Shown piece by piece: positions 57,376-64,000 of a DNA stretch of 64,000 bases; positions within the stretch are counted from its first letter, which is position 1, and every line of letters begins with the position of its first letter. A program made the position numbers and the translations under genes. Under the pieces are notes generated by a model. It was not told where the DNA came from, did not search any database, and saw only the letters and a program-made list of their open reading frames with translations. The stretch covers positions 2,240,001 through 2,304,000 of the forward strand of contig OY781964.1 in assembly GCA_963677485.1 (NCBI GenBank), in the 5' to 3' direction. The DNA is from Armatimonadota bacterium. Its GTDB lineage: Bacteria; Armatimonadota; HRBIN16.

Positions 57376-58947
57376 CTACCGCTCAGCTATCTGGCTGGGC
57401 AGGGAGCGCGGCGCTGTAGCGCGGGCGGTGATGGTGCTGCCTTTGGGCACGTTGAACTCACCGCGGTAGCGCTGGCCCTTGGAGTCGGGGTCGCGAGTGT
57501 CTACGCAGTAGCGGATGCTCGCGCCCTTCGTGGCGCAGGTGATACGCACCCGCATACCGTCCGCGGTCGGCGCGGTGCGGATGAGGGGGGTGGAGACGAT
57601 GGGGATGATAGCCTGATCTGCTGTTTCATACGAGGAAACGACGCAATGGGTGGAGCTCCCCACTTGAGTGATCGAAGGGGGATTGGTGATATGCTTGCTC
57701 ACCATGTATAGGCCTACTGTGTGTCCGTATCGGTTGAATAGAAGAAGTTTTGACTCATGAGTGCCAGGAACAACTGTCAAAACATCCGTGCTGCCGTATA
57801 AGGCACAGACAGGGTCAAAATCCCCATCTATAACGTGGCCCTTTGCCATTTGTCGAGGTTTCCAACTATCTGACTTGCTGGTGTCCATCATAGACAAACC
57901 CGCGGTCCATTCTCGGCTAGCTTCGTTTGCATTATGGAACTGTTGGATGACTGGAGCCGCCGGGTTGTTACTGTCAAGCACCATGTAGTCTTGGCTCCAT
58001 TTTCTGGTTTCCCAGCGATATACCTCTTTGGGGGTATACTTCATCCATGGGGTGATCAAAGTGGAGTAACGGTCTTGAATCAACAACTGACGTGAGGCTA
58101 GAGTGTGGAATTTTGCATATATGGTCGACTGGAATTTAAGGGAAGGTAACACTTTTCCGTTGTGGTCGAGTTCAAACATCTCAGCAGAAGATGGCGTGTT
58201 CCACAAAACTTCTACATAGGAAGTGGTTTTATTGAGTTGGCTATTACGAACGAACCGATAACGTCCATCGAAATGACCCAGGTAGTAGAGATTATCACGA
58301 TTCGGTTGTTGGTTTTTGAGTACAAGCTTGTATCCATTGCGATCTACTGATATTGCGCTGACAATACTGCCGGGCAGCCATTCGCCCCAACTGATCAACA
58401 GGATACGGTCGCCCAGGCTTTCAATAGATCGGTCGTTGTAATCACCATCTGGTATCTCACGACTCCACAGCTTGTGCCCTTGATTATTCAAAGTCACCAT
58501 CTGGGAAACTCGGGGCATGCCGTTTTCCTGGTAACCAGCGATGACTATTACATTTTTGCCATCGTAACGTACAGCATCGATATCACCTGTGAATAGGCTG
58601 CTCCACATCGGCTTGTCGTTACTGTCTCTCATCTGAAGGATGCTGGTGACCGGTTCAGCAGCCTGCTTCGAGGATGCTTTTTGCTTATCCGGAGTCGCAG
58701 ACCCAGTTAAAATGGTGTGGCTGTCGCCGGCTTGGCGTATCCGATCGATTCTGATCTTTATGATTCCCGTGTAGTTGGCATGCGCCCGTCCTTCGAGGGT
58801 AATGACGGGTGTGGATTGAAGTGTTTCGGTGTATGGCCTAAGGACGGTGTGCGGCAGCGGCACATACTGCTCCTGTGAGTGCAGGTTCATAGTCACTGCA
58901 GCTGCAATCACTAATACCATTGCCAGAATGCCTCGTCTGTATTTCAT
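57376..58947 (-). CDS. Exported protein: variable N-region plus constant Fn3-associated C-domain (array member 2)
   Basis: Signal/TM segment; GGAGG RBS; same C-terminal cassette, with the extreme C-terminus possibly frameshifted. Confidence 0.75.
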   Translation of the reverse strand: MKYRRGILAMVLVIAAAVTMNLHSQEQYVPLPHTVLRPYTETLQSTPVITLEGRAHANYTGIIKIRIDRIRQAGDSHTILTGSATPDKQKASSKQAAEPVTSILQMRDSNDKPMWSSLFTGDIDAVRYDGKNVIVIAGYQENGMPRVSQMVTLNNQGHKLWSREIPDGDYNDRSIESLGDRILLISWGEWLPGSIVSAISVDRNGYKLVLKNQQPNRDNLYYLGHFDGRYRFVRNSQLNKTTSYVEVLWNTPSSAEMFELDHNGKVLPSLKFQSTIYAKFHTLASRQLLIQDRYSTLITPWMKYTPKEVYRWETRKWSQDYMVLDSNNPAAPVIQQFHNANEASREWTAGLSMMDTSKSDSWKPRQMAKGHVIDGDFDPVCALYGSTDVLTVVPGTHESKLLLFNRYGHTVGLYMVSKHITNPPSITQVGSSTHCVVSSYETADQAIIPIVSTPLIRTAPTADGMRVRITCATKGASIRYCVDTRDPDSKGQRYRGEFNVPKGSTITARATAPRSLPSQIAER

Positions 58948-58966
58948 TTTCTACCTCCATCGGCTC

Positions 58967-58980
58967 GTTTCATATGAAAC
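58967..58980. promoter_or_regulatory. Perfect 14-bp palindrome, candidate operator
   Basis: GTTTCATATGAAAC, about 20 bp upstream of the ATG at 58947. Confidence 0.45.
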
Positions 58981-59140
58981 TTGTCTATTTTGACAGCGTC
59001 TATAGTGGGAAAGTTATCATGATACCAGTTTCCCACCCGACCTGCCGCAACCTCATGACCTGCATCCTTACGGGGTTGGCTAACATTTACCCATGCGCAT
59101 TTACCCGGCTGACTTCCCACGCTGCCGCGGGTTTAGTCAC

Positions 59141-59255
59141 CCCAGTCTATTACCCACAAATATTTCATGGCCAGTAGGTCACCGATTCCGAGACATTAAT
59201 GTCGCGGCACATGGTCGATACGATCCCAATCTGGATTTGTGGGTAATAGACTGGG
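59141..59255. mobile_element. 115-bp MITE with 21-bp perfect TIR and 9-bp target-site duplication TTTAGTCAC
   Basis: CCCAGTCTATTACCCACAAAT...ATTTGTGGGTAATAGACTGGG flanked by TTTAGTCAC at 59132-40 and 59256-64. Confidence 0.85.
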
Positions 59256-59403
59256 TTTAGTCACTCCACGGGACTGGCGTCCCTAAAGGAGTTCCCTCAC
59301 CGCGCGGCTAATCGACTGGTCGCCCGCAAGCGGGCTCCGGTGGCACCTGCGACACTCGTCGGAGTGGGTTCTATTAACCACAACGTCTCCCCAAGTTCCA
59401 CCC

Positions 59404-61011
59404 CTATTTCCCCACCGACTCAACGATCTGGCTGGGAAGGGTGCGCGGGGCGGTGGCGCGGGCGGTGATGGTACTGCCCTTGGGCACGGTGAATTCACCG
59501 CGGTAGCTCTGGCCTTTGGAATCCGGGTCGCGCTCATTCACGCTGTAGCGGATGCTCGCGCCCTTCGTGGCGCAGGTGATGCGCACCTTAAGACCGTCCG
59601 CGGTCGGCGTGGTGCTGATGAGGGGGGTGCAGACCATGGGGATGGAGGCCCATTCGATCGGTTCATCGTGAAAGGCTGATGTAGGCATGACACATCGGCC
59701 GGGCAATAGTACGATGTTCTCACCCGTTGAAGACATGGCTTCAGCCTTAATATGGTATCGTCCGATGATACGACCTGTTCTGTTCGCTAATACCAGTTGA
59801 GACCTTTTAGGGGCCGAAATCGTCATCAATACGTCGGTGTCGCCATAAAGGTAGCAATGTGCTTCTTTGCATGCATCTAGATAGCCTGCAGCTAACCTTC
59901 GAGCTCTCCAGTGTTTTGGATAGGTGGTATCCATCAGCGCGAAGCCCGTATGGTATTCGCTGGACTGGTCTTTAGCGTTGTTGTATCTCTGTATTATGGG
60001 AGCTCGGATGTTCTCATAATCAAGGACCTGCAGATTATATGACCATCTTTGGTTATACCAGCGGTAGACTCCCTCTGGACGATAACCCATCCAGGGTGTA
60101 ACACTGGTCGAGTGCTGGTCGTTAATCGCCATCCTGTTCGGATCAGACATGCGGAACGTCACGTTCATGGTCGTTTTGAAAATCGGAGAGTGAAGCACTT
60201 TGCCATCAGCGTCGATCTCAAACATTTCAGCGATACCGGATGCAGATGACCCATTCGGCAGATTCTCTTTTGTAGGTATCTCCGGTCGCAGACTCACAAA
60301 TCGGCATCTTCTGTTATAACTACCTAGAAATGTGAGATTCTCACTGCCGGGTGCTTCCCGTATCAACTTGGATTGGTTATGCTCCGCAAAATAGATGCCA
60401 TTGCCAAAGCTGCTCCAGTTGTCGCCAACCAATATATAGCGATCACCGTCTTTGTCGATCGTCCAGCGTTGAAAACCGCGTTTTGATACATCGGCACTCC
60501 ACAGTGCATTGCCCTGAACGTCGAGAACGATGAATCGAGCTAATGATGGTTTTATTCTGTCATCATAACTCACGATGAGGGCAGTCGTTGATCCATCGGT
60601 ATAAATGGCGTCAATATATCCGACCAACAGTCGGCACCACAACACTTTGTCGCGTTCATCGCGCATTTCGATGATAGATTCTGCAGCATCTTGTTCTGCA
60701 CCCACGAGAGGTTGCTCGCTGCCAATGGACCCCTGCGCTAGATATCGATCAGTTCCGGCCTGGTGCAAGTCAGTCCATTCAAACGCCAGGATCCCTGAAT
60801 ACTGTTGATTTTGCTTCCCATCACGTGTGATCACGGATGCAGAGAGTTGGTAATCAACGTATGAAGAATGGTTGACCGGCTGCAGCAGTTCGTAGTGCTC
60901 CCACGGCCGTTCAAAATAGGCATATACGGTCACCAGCACCAGCACAACCACCAATGTGATCTGGCTACATCTCAAGACCCACCTCCATCGGTTGTGCTTC
61001 CTATATATCAC
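59404..61011 (-). CDS. Membrane-anchored protein: variable N-region plus constant Fn3-associated C-domain (array member 1)
   Basis: N-terminal TM helix; same C-terminal cassette; family motifs IIEMRD...VLW, MFEID, LYGDTD. Confidence 0.75.
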   Translation of the reverse strand: MIYRKHNRWRWVLRCSQITLVVVLVLVTVYAYFERPWEHYELLQPVNHSSYVDYQLSASVITRDGKQNQQYSGILAFEWTDLHQAGTDRYLAQGSIGSEQPLVGAEQDAAESIIEMRDERDKVLWCRLLVGYIDAIYTDGSTTALIVSYDDRIKPSLARFIVLDVQGNALWSADVSKRGFQRWTIDKDGDRYILVGDNWSSFGNGIYFAEHNQSKLIREAPGSENLTFLGSYNRRCRFVSLRPEIPTKENLPNGSSASGIAEMFEIDADGKVLHSPIFKTTMNVTFRMSDPNRMAINDQHSTSVTPWMGYRPEGVYRWYNQRWSYNLQVLDYENIRAPIIQRYNNAKDQSSEYHTGFALMDTTYPKHWRARRLAAGYLDACKEAHCYLYGDTDVLMTISAPKRSQLVLANRTGRIIGRYHIKAEAMSSTGENIVLLPGRCVMPTSAFHDEPIEWASIPMVCTPLISTTPTADGLKVRITCATKGASIRYSVNERDPDSKGQSYRGEFTVPKGSTITARATAPRTLPSQIVESVGK

Positions 61012-61298
61012 AGTTTGAACAAGCGGGCATCGGTTTATCGACGTCCTTACTGTGTTTATACGCGCATGATATAAAGGTTGTCAAGACGTGTCCTAGAACC
61101 GGCCTATGATAGAGACGTATAAGCACGCTCCGTTTTTCGTAACATTGTGGCAAAAGGCGCTGTCTGCATAGTTGGTGCGGGTTGCGGCGCGTATATCGGC
61201 TGCCGCTTGACAACGCCGCACGCCTGCTCTATCTTGAAAGGGGCAACGCCAAGTTTTCACCCATGGAGGGTATCTGAATAGGTATTATCGAGGGGCTC

Positions 61299-62249
61299 GT
61301 GATCCGCGCCGTCCGCGGCAACTACATCGTCGACTCGCATCACCAGGAGTGGGTCTGCTCGGTCAGGGGCAACCTCAAGAAGGACCTCGTGTTCTCCGAG
61401 AGTGCCAGCCGCGCCGCCAGGGTGATCAGCGCCGCCCGCCGACGGGTCACCAACCCGGTCACTGTGGGCGATGAAGTTCTTTTTCAAGAGCTTTCTGAGG
61501 GTGTGGGCGTGATCGAAGAGGTGCTGCCCCGCCGGTCGGCGGTGGTGCGCTACGTGCCGCGTGAGCGCGAGAGTCAGGTGATTGTGGCGAATATCGACCT
61601 ATTCCTTGTGGTCTTCTCCGCCATTGAGCCGCGCCTGGATCCCTGGAAGTTGGACCGCTTCCTGGTGGCCTCCATCAGCGCGGGGCTTGACCCCGTGATC
61701 GCCATCAACAAGATGGACCTTGAGGTAGAGCCGGAGCTGCAGCCGTTGATAGAGGCCTACCGTAAGGCGGGATACCAGGTGATCACGCTGAGTGCCAAAG
61801 AGGGCGACGGCGTGCAGGCGGTGATGGAGTTGATCCACGGCAAGATCGCGGCCTTCAGCGGGCCGTCCGGAGTAGGCAAGAGCAGCCTTTTGAATGCGAT
61901 CTGTCCCGAAATCGCCGCCAGCACCGGTGATGTGGGCAAAAACAGCAAAATGGGTCGCCACACTACCACCCGCGCGCAATTATACCGTATAGATAAAGAG
62001 GATACCTGGGTGGCAGACACCCCCGGACTGCGTAACCTGGAGTTTTGGCAGGTGGAACCTGAGGCGATTGACGCGGCCTTTCCTGAGATCGAACCGCACC
62101 TGGGTGACTGCCGGTTCAACAACTGCAAGCACGATTCCGAGCCCGGATGCCCTCTGCGTGAAGCGGTGGCGAAAGGTCTTGTGGATATGCGCAGATACAA
62201 GAGCTATCTGCAACTGAGCCAGGAAGTCGTAAAGAAGCCAGAGTATTAA
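61299..62249 (+). CDS. rsgA: Ribosome small subunit-dependent GTPase A (true start possibly ATA at 61278)
   Basis: VGDEV, IEEVLPR, VANID, INKMDL, GPSGVGKSSLLN, GRHTTT, ADTPG, CRFNNCKH.EPGC. Confidence 0.95.
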   Translation: MIRAVRGNYIVDSHHQEWVCSVRGNLKKDLVFSESASRAARVISAARRRVTNPVTVGDEVLFQELSEGVGVIEEVLPRRSAVVRYVPRERESQVIVANIDLFLVVFSAIEPRLDPWKLDRFLVASISAGLDPVIAINKMDLEVEPELQPLIEAYRKAGYQVITLSAKEGDGVQAVMELIHGKIAAFSGPSGVGKSSLLNAICPEIAASTGDVGKNSKMGRHTTTRAQLYRIDKEDTWVADTPGLRNLEFWQVEPEAIDAAFPEIEPHLGDCRFNNCKHDSEPGCPLREAVAKGLVDMRRYKSYLQLSQEVVKKPEY

Positions 62250-62262
62250 GAGGAGATCAGCA

Positions 62263-63489
62263 ATGAACATCGCGGCCAAATATCTGTTATCAACCCTATT
62301 GGTGTGTACGGCGGCTGTCGTCACCACGCCGTCATGGGCGCAGAATCCAGGGATCAACCCCGAGCTAAGGGTGTTGCTGAGCTCCATCCAAAATAACAAG
62401 ATTAGGGTCAGTGCCGCAGGCGGTCTGACCGTGAAGGGTGAGAACGACACCCTCAGTTTCTCACCCAAAACCACCGCCACCGTGGAGGTCTTCCAGGACG
62501 GCATCAAGGTGGAGACTAAAGGGCGCTTATATTACAGCAAGAAGTGGACCATCAGCTCCAGCAGCCCGATCAAGGTGGCATCTGGCAAAGTGTCGCGCAT
62601 CTACCGCGGCTCCCTCGTGGTCGGGTTGAATGAGGGCAAGGTGACGCTCATCAACCGCGTTCTGCTGGAAGACTACCTGATGGGTGTTCTTCCTAGCGAG
62701 ATGTGGGCCAACTTCCCCCTGGAGGCTTTGAAGGCACAGGCCATCGCCGCCAGAAGCTGGACGGCATGCAACCGCTGGAAGCATAACCTTCAAGGGGCTG
62801 ATCTGTGCGACACCACCGATTGCCAGGCCTATCTGGGCGTGAGCAATGAGGACCCCCGCACCTCCGCGGCTGTGAAGACCACGGCGGGCACCATCATCAC
62901 CATCGATGGCCGCGTGCTGGACGCCATGTATGGCAGCGACTGCGGCGGCGAGCCAGCGAATCGGCCCGACGTGTTTGATGTGGACGACAATGGCGTACAG
63001 TATTGTGCCGGCAACCCTAAGCATATTTGGAAGCAGATGTTCACCTGGAACCAACTGACCGTGGGCAGCCCTACCAGCACCGGTAACCCGCAAGATGGTG
63101 TCAGCACATCGATGGCTGGCCGCGACATGAAGGTGACGTATGAAGGCCCGAACCGCAAACGCGTGGTTGAGGTGCTGTTCACCAGCCCGATGGGTCAGTG
63201 GAAGGTCAGCGGCAAGCGGCTGCGCGACAAGATGAAGCTGCCCAGCAGCGTGTTCAGCATGACGATGCTGGATTCGGACACCATCGTGCTGGACGGCGTG
63301 GGCAGCGGCCACGGTCAGGGGATGTGCCAGCGTGGGGCCGAGGGTCGGGCCAAGGCGGGCATGAGCTACGCTCAGATCCTGGCGTTTTACTACCCAGGCG
63401 GTGTGATGAGTCCGCTGACGGCGGAGATATGGAACAACAAGCCTCTGCGGCTGCGTGACCTGCCGGATACGATCGACCAGCTCAAGTAG
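62263..63489 (+). CDS. SpoIID/LytB domain protein (lytic transglycosylase)
   Basis: Signal peptide; YRGSL, NRVLLEDYLMGVLPSEM, EALKAQAIAARS, CQAYLG, GSGHGQGMCQ.GA, ILAFYYPG. Confidence 0.92.
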   Translation: MNIAAKYLLSTLLVCTAAVVTTPSWAQNPGINPELRVLLSSIQNNKIRVSAAGGLTVKGENDTLSFSPKTTATVEVFQDGIKVETKGRLYYSKKWTISSSSPIKVASGKVSRIYRGSLVVGLNEGKVTLINRVLLEDYLMGVLPSEMWANFPLEALKAQAIAARSWTACNRWKHNLQGADLCDTTDCQAYLGVSNEDPRTSAAVKTTAGTIITIDGRVLDAMYGSDCGGEPANRPDVFDVDDNGVQYCAGNPKHIWKQMFTWNQLTVGSPTSTGNPQDGVSTSMAGRDMKVTYEGPNRKRVVEVLFTSPMGQWKVSGKRLRDKMKLPSSVFSMTMLDSDTIVLDGVGSGHGQGMCQRGAEGRAKAGMSYAQILAFYYPGGVMSPLTAEIWNNKPLRLRDLPDTIDQLK

Positions 63490-64000
63490 GGGCGCTCCCC
63501 TGTGGGTGCCCTTGGGGGCGTTCTCACGCGGAGGCGCGGAGGGCGCGGAGGGGGAATGGTAATCCACAGATTACACTGATGACGCAGATTAGGGATGCCC
63601 GCGCCGGACTGTTTCCACTAACCGCAGATGGACACGGATGGACGCGGATAGGGAATGGTAATCCACAGATTACACCGATGACGCAGATTAGGTCTGGAAT
63701 GCCACTGTCCGGGGCGGTCTGACGGTACGCTAGCGGTTGCTCAAGGCCCAAGACCGCGCCGGTCTTTCTCCAAGGCGGACGGCAATTGACACGAATACAC
63801 ACGAATGCCGGGAACTCAACGCAAAGGCGCAAAGGACACAAGGACGCAAAGGCCGATGAGGCGATGACCGCGTCGGTTTCTCGGCAAGTTGGCAAGCGCT
63901 ATGCAACCCGCCCCAGGGCATGATCTGGCCCCTACATTCGGCCGGGTGGGCGGGGAGACCCCGCCCCTACAGTCGCCACATAAAATCGTAGGGGCAGGCC
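63486..64000. repeat. Repeat-dense intergenic region: REP-like palindromes, short-period repeats and a partial family A element
   Basis: GTAGGGGCGCTCCCCTGTGGGTGCCCT (63486); 40-bp direct repeat GGAATGGTAATCCACAGATTACAC.GATGACGCAGATTAGG (~63553 and ~63652); TGTCCGGGGCGGTCTG (63707); GGGCGGGGAGACCCCGCCCCTAC (~63948). Confidence 0.7.

Noticed and set aside
53976-59404. Integron cassette array with attC sites
   Set aside because: No RYYYAAC/GTTRRRY-bounded hairpins between every gene and no integron integrase; the repeats lie inside the coding 3' ends.
54120-59630. Diversity-generating retroelement (TR/VR) explanation for the four near-identical 3' repeats
   Set aside because: Differences between copies are mostly synonymous and not restricted to adenines, all copies are coding, and no reverse transcriptase is in the window.

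Overview
Bacterial chromosomal window of roughly 55-60% GC (estimated by eye). The gene content (prepilin-type/DGH protein, dockerin-like C-terminal module, many orphan glycoside-hydrolase-like proteins) suggests Armatimonadota or a similar poorly cultured lineage; this is inference. Recognisable blocks: an ADP-ribosylglycohydrolase plus three GH99-like genes (two a tandem duplication); osmC-like; ftsE-ftsX-M23 peptidase; an RDD/SpoIIM/DUF4129/DUF4350/MoxR/DUF58 cluster; mrp-nifU-like, nfo and nagZ; several secreted orphans; mntH-usp-holin-like-rapZ-yvcK-(stand-alone PolX N-domain)-mpg; an exopolysaccharide operon with an embedded uridine kinase; rsgA-spoIID-like. I found no rRNA, tRNA, CRISPR array, transposase, integrase or reverse transcriptase. 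The most unusual element is an array (54.1-61.0 kb) of four exported-protein genes with highly diverged, AT-richer 5' regions welded to a near-identical GC-rich ~220-bp 3' cassette. It is bracketed by a conserved non-coding block with a GGGTTTAGTCAC motif that recurs across the window and was hit once by a 115-bp MITE with a 9-bp target duplication. Also notable: a triad of small acidic zinc-ribbon genes, a possible stand-alone dRP lyase coupled to mpg, several families of intergenic MITE/REP-like repeats, and three apparent 1-bp deletions that may be assembly errors.
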